Below are positions 28,295-37,888 of a stretch of 48,516 nt of DNA, one piece after another. The stretch is from positions 1 to 48,516 of the forward strand of contig JANMSG010001169.1 of the NCBI GenBank assembly GCA_031389065.1, written 5' to 3'. The notes beneath the pieces are model-generated. The model had not been told where the DNA came from. It did no database searches and was given only the letters and a program-made list of their open reading frames with translations. The position numbers and the translations under genes are program-made. The DNA is from Acidobacteriota bacterium (GTDB lineage Bacteria > Acidobacteriota > Blastocatellia > UBA7656). Each line of letters begins with the position of its first letter. Position 1 is the stretch's first letter.

Positions 28295-28401
28295 AGTCCC
28301 TAGTCCTTCGTCTCTAGTCCTTAGCTATTAGCAAGCAGTCGTATTGAACTATGAGGTAACAAAAAGGTAAAGAGACTAAGGCCTAGGGACTATGAACTAC
28401 T

Positions 28402-28863
28402 TTACTTCTTCGCAAACGCGCGAACATATTGAACAAGCGCATTGATTTGTTCATCGCTCAGCTTGTCGCCGAATGCCGGCATAGGTTTTTTACCAACTTT
28501 TATCATGTCAGCGAATTCCGCATCGGTCTCTTTCTTTTGCCACGCCGCGTTAGTAAGGTCAGGCGTACCTTTCGCTACACCCTTGACGCCCTTGCCATCT
28601 TCGCCGTGACACATAGCGCATTTTTCGTTATACACTTTCGCTGTATCTGCACTAGCAGTTGGCTTCATCTCGCCTCCTTTGCTTTCGCCTGAAGAGGTGG
28701 CAGGTTGATTGGAGTTCGTGACGACAACTGCTTGCCCCGCATTGCTCGTGTTCGCATTCGCGGCGGGCGTTGCGTTCTTGTTCGCGGGTTCATTTGATGT
28801 ACCGCAAGCGATAGAGAAGATTACTGCAAAAGTAACAACGAAACCTGTTTTCAAAGCTTTCAT
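28402..28863 (-). CDS. class I c-type cytochrome lipoprotein
   Basis: Lipobox FSIACG. Low-complexity linker. Heme site CAMCHGEDGKG. Distal Met region KKPMPAF. Confidence 0.85.
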   Translation of the reverse strand: MKALKTGFVVTFAVIFSIACGTSNEPANKNATPAANANTSNAGQAVVVTNSNQPATSSGESKGGEMKPTASADTAKVYNEKCAMCHGEDGKGVKGVAKGTPDLTNAAWQKKETDAEFADMIKVGKKPMPAFGDKLSDEQINALVQYVRAFAKK

Positions 28864-28910
28864 TCAGAAAAGTCCCCTTTCAAAATTTTGTAGATTAATA
28901 TTTTACAAGC

Positions 28911-30416
28911 TCAATGGGAAGCCAGTTTCTTTGCGATTATAGATTCGATGTCCGCTATGCCTATGCGCTCCTGCTCCATCGTGTCGCGGTCGCGCACCGT
29001 CACTTGATTGTCTTCCAGCGATTGATGGTCAACCGTGATGCAGAAAGGCGTTCCCACTTCATCTTGACGACGATAGAGTTTGCCAATCGCAGCCGTGTCG
29101 TCATAGACAGCGCGCATCGTACCTGTGCGTTGCAAACGCGATTTAATATCTTTTGCAAGCGTTACGATGGGCTCTTTATTTTTCGCAAGCGGCAAGACGG
29201 CGACTTTAATCGGCGCAAGGTCGCTGTGAAGTTTCAACACCACGCGCTTATCATCGCGCACCTCTTCTTCGTGATACGCGTCCATCAAGAACGCCAGCAC
29301 AGAACGTGCAACCCCAGCCGATGGTTCAATCACGTAAGGAAAGACGTGCTGATTCGATTCGTGATCAAAGTACGTCATATCGGCTGTGGAATCTGGATTG
29401 TGTCGCACTTCTTCTTCGTCTTTAGATTTCTTCGAGTCGGTCTTTATCCTGGCAACAACGTTCTCGCCGGTTGCAGGATCAACAAGTATGTACTCATCGG
29501 GTCCCGCTTCTTCAGGAGATTTGCCAGGGACTCTAACCATTTTCTTCGAGTGCGACATGGTGTCGAAAGCCCTCCGGTTGGCGATGCCTTCCAGTTCGTC
29601 AAATTGCTTATCCTCATCTTCACGATCTGGAAAGAAACGGTATTGAAGGTCAACCGTGCGCTTCGCATAATGCGCTAACTCTTCTTTAGGCTGTTCGTAC
29701 TTTCGCAAATTTTCAGCCTTCATACCGAGCGAAACATACCAATTGAAACGGTCTTCAATCCATTTGTCATGCCATTGTTCATCGTTCATTTCACCCGCCT
29801 TGAGAACGTGCGGCGGTTTGACGAAAAACTCTATCTCCATCTGCTCGAATTCGCGTGTGCGGAAGATAAAATTGCCCGGCGTGATTTCGTTGCGAAACGC
29901 CTTGCCGATTTGCGCGATGCCAAAAGGCAGCTTGCGATTGGTTGAATCCAGCACATTTTTGAAATTCACGAAGATGCCTTGCGCGGTTTCCGGTCTCAGG
30001 TAAGCGAGTCCCGACCCATCATCCACAGGTCCGACTGTGGTGCGAAACATCAGATTGAATTTGCGTGGCTCCGTCAAATTCGCCGAGCCGCAAACAGGGC
30101 ATTTGTGGTCTTCAAGTTTGTCGGCTCGCAAACGCGATTTGCATTCGCGGCAATCAACCATAGGGTCAGAGAAAGTCGCCTCGTGCCCCGAATAGCTCCA
30201 CACCAAGCGATTCATCAAGATACCCGCGTCAAGTCCGGCAATATCGTCGCGTTCGTAAACGATGCTGCGCCACCAGGCGCGTTTGACGTTATTGACCAAC
30301 TCTACGCCTAGCGGGCCGTAATCCCAAACCGAACCGAGCCCACCGTAAATATCACTCGATTGAAAGGCGAATCCGCGACGTTTTGCCAAACTCGTAATTG
30401 TTTCTATATCTGCCAT
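28911..30416 (-). CDS. glyQS: glycine--tRNA ligase (alpha2 GlyQS type)
   Basis: [74 protein letters not shown] and the C-terminal anticodon-binding domain. Confidence 0.95.
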   Translation of the reverse strand: MADIETITSLAKRRGFAFQSSDIYGGLGSVWDYGPLGVELVNNVKRAWWRSIVYERDDIAGLDAGILMNRLVWSYSGHEATFSDPMVDCRECKSRLRADKLEDHKCPVCGSANLTEPRKFNLMFRTTVGPVDDGSGLAYLRPETAQGIFVNFKNVLDSTNRKLPFGIAQIGKAFRNEITPGNFIFRTREFEQMEIEFFVKPPHVLKAGEMNDEQWHDKWIEDRFNWYVSLGMKAENLRKYEQPKEELAHYAKRTVDLQYRFFPDREDEDKQFDELEGIANRRAFDTMSHSKKMVRVPGKSPEEAGPDEYILVDPATGENVVARIKTDSKKSKDEEEVRHNPDSTADMTYFDHESNQHVFPYVIEPSAGVARSVLAFLMDAYHEEEVRDDKRVVLKLHSDLAPIKVAVLPLAKNKEPIVTLAKDIKSRLQRTGTMRAVYDDTAAIGKLYRRQDEVGTPFCITVDHQSLEDNQVTVRDRDTMEQERIGIADIESIIAKKLASH

Positions 30417-30657
30417 CTTAATTTATTTGTCCTTACCTGCTTGAAAGTTTCTTTCGGTTGAATCTGGAAATATACAACAAGCAGGCGAAGATTAGAAAGT
30501 TTACCGCGTCATTGCATGATTGCTTGTTTGGCTGTTTCACTCCTCTAGATTGGCGCATTTGTCTTTCAACGTCTGTTTGCTCTGCTTTTCAAAAGCTGTG
30601 CATTGCAGTTGAATAAATAACCGATTCGCGCTATTTAATCACGCGACGAGATTGAAT

Positions 30658-31239
30658 ATGGAAATTATCAAAACCAAATGCCCTTCATGCGAATGGCCTC
30701 TCGAATTCCCGCGCGACTTCGACAACATTATTTGCAATATCTGCGGAAGCTCTTTTCGGGTGCGCGAATATAAAGGCAACATCAATCTTGCTGCGATTGG
30801 CGAAGACCAACGAGACCCTGCCGCTATCGAAGACGCAGAAAATCTTTCGGCGATTGATGCGCGGCTTGTGGAACTCGACGAAGATATAGAAAAAGTCAGA
30901 GAAGAGATTGAAGTCTTGAAAAGTAATGAGCAAATTGCGCCGCTTCAATTAGGTTGCGCGTTTTTCGGCTTGTTCGGATTCATACTTTTGATTTTGGCTT
31001 TTTTCACAACTGTAGGGAAAAATTATTTCGGCGGCTGGCTGTTTTATCTCTCGATTGCTGTAGTCATTTTACTTAGCGCAATGCGTATGAAACACAAGAT
31101 GCCGAATCCTGAAAAGATCGAATACTTCCGCAAAGAGAGAGCTACGCTTGAAGAAGCCTTAACGCAATTGGAATCCGAAAGAACCCGCATGCAAAACTTC
31201 AAAGAAGAAGTCTTCGGCGAACCAGCCGACGGTGAATAA
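30658..31239 (+). CDS. hypothetical zinc-ribbon / coiled-coil membrane protein
   Basis: CPSC...CNIC zinc ribbon, acidic coiled coil, then two TM helices. Start set at ATG 30658; the ORF track begins at TTG 30652. Confidence 0.5.
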   Translation: MEIIKTKCPSCEWPLEFPRDFDNIICNICGSSFRVREYKGNINLAAIGEDQRDPAAIEDAENLSAIDARLVELDEDIEKVREEIEVLKSNEQIAPLQLGCAFFGLFGFILLILAFFTTVGKNYFGGWLFYLSIAVVILLSAMRMKHKMPNPEKIEYFRKERATLEEALTQLESERTRMQNFKEEVFGEPADGE

Positions 31240-31456
31240 TGCAACAACAAAATAACTTTAGCGTTAAATAGATTGACGAGTTATCGCTTGGTTGATGATT
31301 GAATTAGCGGCAAAAAATCTACAACAGACAAGCAACATTGTATATCTAAGAAAACATCTAAATTTTGCCGCTGAAAGCGGTGTGAAAAAGCATCTCGGCA
31401 GAAGTCAGAAACCGAATTCCGTGTGCTGCGCGTAGATGCAATGGAGGTTAGAGAAT

Positions 31457-32002
31457 ATGTTAAGGATAAAATCAAAAATAGTAGCTCTTGCAGTCGCGTT
31501 TTTTCTCGCAGCAACAACTGCAATGGCTGCTTCAAATACAAAAGATGACGTTAATTTTCAAACAACAAAACAGATCAGAAAAGAGATATTGAAACTGCCG
31601 TATTACGGTGTGTTCGACAACATAGCTTTTGAAGTTAAAGGCGATACGATAATTCTTTACGGTCAGGTTGTGCGTCCGACCACGCGCAGCGATGCGGCAA
31701 GGCGGGTCGCCAAAATCGAAGGCATAGACCAAGTGGTAAATAAAATAGAGGTGCTTCCGCTTTCGAGGTTTGACGATGAAATTCGCGCTCGCACCTATCG
31801 CGCAGTGTTCAGCAAAGGCGGTCTTTACAGATATGCAGCAGGCACCAATCCTTCTGTCCATATCATCGTGAAAAACGGGCGCGTAACTTTAGAAGGTGTA
31901 GTTGCAAATCGTGCGGACAGCAATCTCGCAAATCTTGCTGTGAACGGCGTTTCAGGAGTTTTCTCCGTAACCAACAATCTGCGTGTCGAACGCAACAGCT
32001 AA
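31457..32002 (+). CDS. secreted tandem BON domain protein
   Basis: Signal peptide MLRIKSKIVALAVAFFLAATTAMAA. Two BON units (FEVKGDTIILYGQVVRPTTRSDAARRVAKIEGIDQVVNKIEV; IIVKNGRVTLEGVVANRADSNLANLAVNGVSGVFSVTNNLRV). GGAGG lies 8 nt upstream of ATG 31457. Confidence 0.8.
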   Translation: MLRIKSKIVALAVAFFLAATTAMAASNTKDDVNFQTTKQIRKEILKLPYYGVFDNIAFEVKGDTIILYGQVVRPTTRSDAARRVAKIEGIDQVVNKIEVLPLSRFDDEIRARTYRAVFSKGGLYRYAAGTNPSVHIIVKNGRVTLEGVVANRADSNLANLAVNGVSGVFSVTNNLRVERNS

Positions 32003-32227
32003 AATTGAATAAAAACTTAGGATCATTCATTTTCCGCCAAAGAAATTGGATGATATAAAAAGTGAAGTAAGGATAGAATAAAGATTTTACGGATGAGACG
32101 GAGTGACGCGAATTGGCTGCGCCGTTTCATCCGTGTTAATTTGCCCCATTGGCGTTCGACCTTTCCTGCAAACCGAAAGCCTTTCTCTTTAATGATGAAA
32201 ACGGAATACTCGATAATAATTTAAATG

Positions 32228-32264
32228 AAGCCGAGCAAGATAAAAATATTGCTCGGCTTTTTTC
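32228..32264 (+). terminator. rho-independent terminator-like hairpin in the BON-htrA intergenic region
   Basis: AAGCCGAGCA (32228-32237) pairs with TGCTCGGCTT (32250-32259), followed by TTTTT. Confidence 0.6.
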
Positions 32265-32377
32265 GTTAAATGTTTTATTATATTTTTAGAACCGCAATTA
32301 TCGAGCGGCGTTTAATTGTCTACCCCCAATATCTTTCTATAAGAGAGAAGCTATTAAAAACTTTTAAGGAGTACAGA

Positions 32378-33838
32378 ATGGAAGATAATCTAAATAATGG
32401 TAAGAAAAAATTGCCCCGAGCCAGAGCCCTAGTTTTCGCTTTGGCACTAATGCTAACAACAGGAATCGGATTTGGTACAGATCGTGCCGTATTTGCTCAA
32501 CAACCGGCACAATTGCCCTCACCAGCCGATTTATCGCGCACTTTCGTGGGCATCGCAAAACAGATTAAACCGGCTGTTGTTAATATAGACACCACTGAAG
32601 AAAACAAGCGCACATCTGCGCGAGGCGGGCAATCTCCTTTACCGTTCCCCTTGCCCGGATTTGAAGACGCGGTTCCACGCAAACAGAAAGGCACCGGCTC
32701 AGGGGTCATCATCAGCCCGGATGGTTACATCTTGACCAATGATCACGTTGCCGGTAATGCCTCCAAGTTGCAAGTCAAACTTTCAGACGGCCGTGAATTT
32801 AAAGCTATATTGGTCGGTACTGACCCCGAAACTGATTTAGCGGTCATCAAGATTGATTCGGAGGGCTTGCCTTTTGCAAAGCTTGGCGATTCGAACAAGC
32901 TTGAGCAAGGCGAGTGGGTGATTGCCTTAGGAAGTCCCTTTGGACTTCAACAAACGATGACCGCTGGCATCGTTTCTGCGTTAGGTCGTGACCTGGGTGC
33001 CGCGCAACAGTTCACCAACTTTATACAGACTGACGCCTCGATTAATCCTGGTAATTCAGGTGGTCCGCTCATCAACATGAACGGCGAAGTCATAGGCATC
33101 AACTCCATGATTTACTCACGCACAGGAGGCAGCGAAGGTGTTGGTTTTGCCATACCTTCCAGTCTGGCATCGAAAGTTTACACACAGCTTGTGCAGAATG
33201 GCCGGGTGGCTCGCGCTTATCTCGGAGTGTTACCCAAGCAAGTAACTCCTGCTGTGGCCAAGAGCATCAATTTCAAAGGCACAGAAGGCGCACTCATCAG
33301 AGATCTTTCTAAAGCAGACAGCCCGGCCGCAAAAGCCGGTCTCCGAAGCGGCGACATCATCACAGAAGTTGACGGTATAGCCATCAAATCGCCAAAGCAA
33401 CTGATTGAAATCGTTGCAGACTTGCCTGTGGGGAAACAGGTGAAAGTGAAATTTGTGCGTGATGGCATTGACCAAACAACTACTGTAACGTTGGCGGAGC
33501 GTCCAAAACAGACAGTTGAAGAGCCTGAAGAAAATCCAGATGAACAACCAGATGACAGCAAACTTGGGGCAGCCGTAACCAATATCACGCCTCAACTTGC
33601 TACTCAGTTGAAACTGAAAATAACTTCGGGTGTGTTGGTTCAAAACGTTCAGGCTGATAGCCCTGCTGCCGAAGGCGGACTCAGACGCGGCGATGTCGTT
33701 CATCGAATCAACGGCAAATTAATTGCCAACCGTCTGGATTGGAGCAGAGAAATTGCGGCATTGAAAGGCGAACAAACGATTGCTTTGCAAATCGTGCGCA
33801 ATGGTCAATTCGATTTTATGGACATCAAGATTGAATAA
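32378..33838 (+). CDS. htrA: periplasmic serine endoprotease DegP/HtrA (trypsin-like domain + 2 PDZ)
   Basis: Catalytic triad context TNDHV, DLAVIK, GNSGGPL. Two PDZ domains. Start set at ATG 32378 (AAGGA upstream); the ORF is open from 32270. Confidence 0.92.
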   Translation: MEDNLNNGKKKLPRARALVFALALMLTTGIGFGTDRAVFAQQPAQLPSPADLSRTFVGIAKQIKPAVVNIDTTEENKRTSARGGQSPLPFPLPGFEDAVPRKQKGTGSGVIISPDGYILTNDHVAGNASKLQVKLSDGREFKAILVGTDPETDLAVIKIDSEGLPFAKLGDSNKLEQGEWVIALGSPFGLQQTMTAGIVSALGRDLGAAQQFTNFIQTDASINPGNSGGPLINMNGEVIGINSMIYSRTGGSEGVGFAIPSSLASKVYTQLVQNGRVARAYLGVLPKQVTPAVAKSINFKGTEGALIRDLSKADSPAAKAGLRSGDIITEVDGIAIKSPKQLIEIVADLPVGKQVKVKFVRDGIDQTTTVTLAERPKQTVEEPEENPDEQPDDSKLGAAVTNITPQLATQLKLKITSGVLVQNVQADSPAAEGGLRRGDVVHRINGKLIANRLDWSREIAALKGEQTIALQIVRNGQFDFMDIKIE

Positions 33839-33904
33839 AGCTAGGCCAGTTGTAGCGAAACAAAAATAGGGGCGCGTGACGCCTCTTAAAATAAATTGCC
33901 TGAC

Positions 33905-33938
33905 AAAAGAGGCGCACTGTTTTGTGCGCCTCTTTTTA
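33905..33938. terminator. bidirectional rho-independent terminator
   Basis: AAAA-AGAGGCGCAC-tgtttt-GTGCGCCTCT-TTTT. It lies between the end of htrA (33838, +) and the stop of the minus-strand zinc-ribbon gene (33961). Confidence 0.75.
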
Positions 33939-33960
33939 TTTGAAAATTGTCCGGGTCTTT

Positions 33961-34341
33961 CTACTTAAACTCAAGTCCGCATGTCAAACATTTGTGCGGC
34001 TCTTTCACGAGCAGAAATAAGAGCGAAAAGATGCAGATGACGAAAATCCCTATGACTGCCACAAGTATAGCCCAGAGCGGTATACCGCCTTTGATAACAT
34101 TGACCGACGCACAGCGCGGACAACAAAGTTGCCCGACAGCCTGACGCATAGGCAATGGCGGCGCTTGCTGATAATTGGGTGGAGGGTAATTCGCGCCTGC
34201 AAAACCAGCCGTGCCAACAGGAGGAACTGAAGGGATGTAACCGGAATTAGGGTCTGCTGGTTGTTTAAGCGGAGCCGAGCAATAACGACAGAAATTCGAT
34301 TCATCTCTATTTTCAGCGTTACATGTAGCACACAGCAACAT
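33961..34341 (-). CDS. hypothetical zinc-ribbon / Pro-rich / TM protein
   Basis: CATC-x13-CRYC zinc ribbon, Pro-rich linker, CPRC, one TM helix, C-terminal CLTC. Confidence 0.5.
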   Translation of the reverse strand: MLLCATCNAENRDESNFCRYCSAPLKQPADPNSGYIPSVPPVGTAGFAGANYPPPNYQQAPPLPMRQAVGQLCCPRCASVNVIKGGIPLWAILVAVIGIFVICIFSLLFLLVKEPHKCLTCGLEFK

Positions 34342-34422
34342 AAGTTATCCTCCCAACAATTTCACAGCCTCATCGAATTGTATTGCAGACTAAAGCCTCA
34401 GACGTAAAAGTGTCAAATCAAA

Positions 34423-34559
34423 CAGTAGGCAGTAGGCAGTAAGCAGTAGGCAGTTTGTAGGGCGTTTCTTTTTAACCTATCAAGAGATACAGACTGAGGA
34501 TATATGCTGTTTAGTAAAGGAATTATTAACTGCCTACTGCCTACTGCTTACTGCCTACT
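34423..34559. repeat. inverted heptamer-array element A
   Basis: Left arm 34423-34454 is (AGTAGGC/AGTAAGC)x4.4. A 74-nt AT-rich spacer follows. Right arm 34529-34559 is (GCCTACT/GCTTACT)x4.4. The right arm ends 3 nt from the creatininase-family stop codon. Confidence 0.9.
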
Positions 34560-34562
34560 AAA

Positions 34563-35387
34563 CTACAGGCCAGCCATATCCCATTTGAGGCGAATCTCTA
34601 AAATTAACTTGGTAATTTTCTGTGTGACCTTGGCGAAATATTCATCAGCTTTCGCTTGATCGAATTTCACGTAGCCTTGTCCTTCCTTGTACAAACCTAT
34701 GGAAGAAGGCGCAGGATAAGCCGAATAAGTGCCTGGCGCGGGATTCGGCGTTGCCAGGTCATTTGAATAACGCTCTTTGTGAACGAGTTTCGGGTCTATC
34801 GCTTGAATGAAAGCGTTTTCGTTCAAACCTGCGTGTCCGCCGTCTTCGCCAAATACCGCAAGCGTCACATCAGAACAATAGCTCCACCAATTGATGACCA
34901 GAGTTCGCACCCGCTTTTCTTGTCCGACCTCCATAGCAAGCTGATTCAGTACAGCAGTTTGTGGCCCACCGTGTCCGTTCATCACAATGATGTTGCGAAA
35001 TCCGGTCTTTGCCAATCCGTTCAGCACATCTTTCACATAAAGGCGATAAGCTGCTTCCGAAATCGAGAACGCGCCCGGATATGCGTCCATGCTTCCGGTG
35101 ATGCCGTAAGGGATGACCGGCGCAATCATTGCATTTACTTCTTTCGCGATCTTGCGCGCAATCGCTACGGGCGCGGTGATGTCTGCGCCATTGTTGATCA
35201 CGCCGTGCGGCTCAAGCGTTCCCGTAGGCAAAATCACAGTGTTGATTTTTGAGGGTACAACCTCTTTGAACTCCATCCAATTGATGTCGCTCAGGTCTCG
35301 CGTAGAGAGCGTGTCAGATGTTTGGGCAAAAGAATTGGTTGCTGCAAGAGTGATCATGCAAATTGAAAAAAAGATAACGCGACGCAT
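34563..35387 (-). CDS. creatininase-family amidohydrolase with N-terminal signal peptide
   Basis: Signal peptide MRRVIFFSICMITLAATNSFAQ. Creatininase-family metal-site motifs LEPHG, MNGHGGP, GGHAG. Confidence 0.8.
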   Translation of the reverse strand: MRRVIFFSICMITLAATNSFAQTSDTLSTRDLSDINWMEFKEVVPSKINTVILPTGTLEPHGVINNGADITAPVAIARKIAKEVNAMIAPVIPYGITGSMDAYPGAFSISEAAYRLYVKDVLNGLAKTGFRNIIVMNGHGGPQTAVLNQLAMEVGQEKRVRTLVINWWSYCSDVTLAVFGEDGGHAGLNENAFIQAIDPKLVHKERYSNDLATPNPAPGTYSAYPAPSSIGLYKEGQGYVKFDQAKADEYFAKVTQKITKLILEIRLKWDMAGL

Positions 35388-35548
35388 AGCAATTTCCTCC
35401 TGAAATGCGATTTAAAAATTGACTAAAAGCAGAGCTTGTCTCTGCCCGAGTTGCGCAGAGAATAATGACAGGGTGTATATCATCACAAATTCATCGCCTA
35501 CAGCGATTCGGGCAATGCTTGGGGCTGCCCTTACAATTGTATTGAAAG

Positions 35549-37732
35549 CTATCCTTCGATTTTCACCACGCCGATTTTATCCAACAGGCGCAAATAATCG
35601 GAAACGTCTTCAACCGAAATCGCGCCATAGGCGGCTATCAAATAATCGCGTATGGCTTGAATGCTGCGCTTGCCATCAACCAGATTGAGAATTTCGTAAA
35701 GCAGGATTTCGCCTTTTGGCTGGGCGCTGATTCGTTCGACGACGCGCAGGTCTTCGCCACTTGCGCGAGCCGCTACGTAATCGTAGTAATAAACATTCAT
35801 CGGTCCTTTGACCTTGCGTGTAGGAATGCGGTTGTAATCGAAATTCACAGAACGCGGGCGTGATGCCTCTTTCGGATTACGTGGTTTGGATTTAACCTTT
35901 GCATCTTTCGGTTGTTCTTTCGCTTCAATTGTGAAGATCACGCGATTACCTTTTCGTTGTTCAGTGATTTGTCCGGTCAATAACAGCCAGGCACCGCTCA
36001 ATTGTTCGACCAAGCCATCAATCTTATTTTCGAGATTCTTATCGTTTGGCGCAAAGTTCAGGATCGAGCCCAAAATTTCCGCCTCGTGTTCAAGCGAACG
36101 AACGATGATATTACGGGCTTCTTCGGCTGCGCCTTCAACGCCGCTCACTTCGATAGCTGCGGCTCGCGCTCTGTCTTTCGGCAAACGCCCCATAGACCTG
36201 GCAAAAACTTCATCGGCAAGCCGTGAAGCCTCGCGCGCTCCGGCTTTGGCTAAAAAGTAACCGGACGCTCCGGCTATGAAAGCAGAGCGTTTCATCTTCG
36301 TCGCATCAATGTTTTCAGGTTTGTCGTTGTTCGTGTGTATAAAAACGTCTGGCCAATCGCGTAAATAAATCGTCGGAATGCGAAACGAGCCTTCTTGATA
36401 AACGTCGTGGTCTGACCCCATTTCGAAAGGCGTGGTGTCGGCAACCAGGCTGTCTTTGCTGCCTTCTGCGGAAATCAACGCATCCGTGAAACCGGCTCCT
36501 GCAGCCGCTTTCGCGCTTCCCTCTATGGCATACTCAGCAAAAATATCGCCAACGGTATTGATCGCGCTTGGCAGAGAGGCAGGCGTATGGGTAATGTGAA
36601 GAACCGATTTCGTGAGCGCAAAATTGCCACCGACCATATCGCAATGCACAGCCGCTTTCATACGTCTTACGATTTCGGGATGCTCTGCAAAGTATGCGAG
36701 AGTGCCGTTGATTTCAGGAGGCCAAATAAATCTGATGGTGCGGCGCGGGCGTTCTATTTCGCCGCGCTTGATCAAAGTTGTCAAGGTGCGAGCGACTTCT
36801 AAAATCGCCGCCGCGCCCGATGCATTGTCATTTGCGCCAGGTTTTTGATGACAGAGATGACAGGAAAAAACAATCTCTTCATCCGCAGCATCTGTGCCGC
36901 TAATCACTGCCGTTACCACATCGTATTTGCCAGGCTTCATTTCCGCTTTCACGATGGCGCGAAGCCTGATTTGTTCGCCGCGCGCCAGTCTCTCTTTGAA
37001 CTCGCGGGCGCGCCGCAATGAAATCATAAAGGCGAATTTGTTACGGGCGTTGTAAGGCGAAAGGTGTCCCCAACGAACATTATCAACATAATCGCCAGAC
37101 CAACCCGTCACTTGATTCTGTTGGAAGCTCAAGACGCCAGCCGCGCCACGATCTTCGCAAGCCATTTTGTGTGCTGCGGCAACATTGCCTCCGGCAAGCA
37201 CCATCTTGCCCTTCACGTCTTTGCCTTCGTAATCACTTGCCGACGTGCCAGACCCCACATCAACGAGGGCGGCAGTTACATCAGCGGTTTGCGAATAATC
37301 GGCAAGCGCGACATGCATCTCTTCATAATCGGCTATTTTCGATTTGTGCGGCTCCATTTCCCAAAGCGTGGCGCTTTCGGCTTCCCAACCCGGCGTTGAT
37401 TGCAGCGTGTGATAGGTCTTTTCGCCATCGGCAACGAAACGCTCAATTTTGATTTGCTCAAGCCCGTACTCTTTCGCTTTCGCGGCGACGAATTCAGCAG
37501 CCGACGAAAACCCCGAAGACGCTTGCACGCGATGGAACCGCGCAAGTTGCGTCACTGTATCTTTGGCTACAAGACCGTTCATCTCTGCGCCAAGCACAGC
37601 GATTTCTTTGTCCGTTAGCAAAGGCGTTTTGGTAAATTGATGATCGGTTGTTTGTTGGTTTGCCGAAGCCTTGAAAAGTTGCAGTTGTATAAGAAAAATC
37701 GAAAGAATTAGGAGAGCGATAATTTTTTTCAT
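35549..37732 (-). CDS. secreted M28 family metallopeptidase with PA domain and C-terminal extension
   Basis: Signal peptide. PA-like insert (GKDVKGKMVLAGG). M28 metal-ligand contexts (CHLCHQKPGANDNASGAAA, HCDMVGG, GSDHDVY). About 200 aa of C-terminal extra region ending in a wHTH-like LLYEILNLVDGKRSIQAIRDYL. Confidence 0.75.
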   Translation of the reverse strand: MKKIIALLILSIFLIQLQLFKASANQQTTDHQFTKTPLLTDKEIAVLGAEMNGLVAKDTVTQLARFHRVQASSGFSSAAEFVAAKAKEYGLEQIKIERFVADGEKTYHTLQSTPGWEAESATLWEMEPHKSKIADYEEMHVALADYSQTADVTAALVDVGSGTSASDYEGKDVKGKMVLAGGNVAAAHKMACEDRGAAGVLSFQQNQVTGWSGDYVDNVRWGHLSPYNARNKFAFMISLRRAREFKERLARGEQIRLRAIVKAEMKPGKYDVVTAVISGTDAADEEIVFSCHLCHQKPGANDNASGAAAILEVARTLTTLIKRGEIERPRRTIRFIWPPEINGTLAYFAEHPEIVRRMKAAVHCDMVGGNFALTKSVLHITHTPASLPSAINTVGDIFAEYAIEGSAKAAAGAGFTDALISAEGSKDSLVADTTPFEMGSDHDVYQEGSFRIPTIYLRDWPDVFIHTNNDKPENIDATKMKRSAFIAGASGYFLAKAGAREASRLADEVFARSMGRLPKDRARAAAIEVSGVEGAAEEARNIIVRSLEHEAEILGSILNFAPNDKNLENKIDGLVEQLSGAWLLLTGQITEQRKGNRVIFTIEAKEQPKDAKVKSKPRNPKEASRPRSVNFDYNRIPTRKVKGPMNVYYYDYVAARASGEDLRVVERISAQPKGEILLYEILNLVDGKRSIQAIRDYLIAAYGAISVEDVSDYLRLLDKIGVVKIEG

Positions 37733-37747
37733 CGGGGGAAGCCTCTT

Positions 37748-37888
37748 AAGCAGTAGGCAGTAAGCAGTAAGCAGTAGGCAGTTGAAATAGCAGGCAATCG
37801 AAAGAGAAGATAGATAATTGAGTAAACAGCAAGCGATATTTTACCCCTCTCTCGCTTACTGCCTACTGCTTACTGCTTACTGCTTACT
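37748..37888. repeat. inverted heptamer-array element B
   Basis: Left arm 37748-37782, 71-nt spacer, right arm 37854-37888. The right arm overlaps the GT2 stop codon (37884-37886). The left arm ends 16 nt upstream of the M28 ATG. Confidence 0.9.

Noticed and set aside
28914-29678. 254-aa plus-strand ORF
   Set aside because: It is entirely antisense to the well-supported glyQS gene. The composition is Arg/His/Phe-rich and shadow-frame-like, with no recognisable motifs.
30417-30651. T-box riboswitch upstream of glyQS
   Set aside because: I read the minus-strand leader and found no conserved T-box sequence (AGGGTGGNACCGCG-like) and no obvious specifier/terminator arrangement. There are only weak hairpins.
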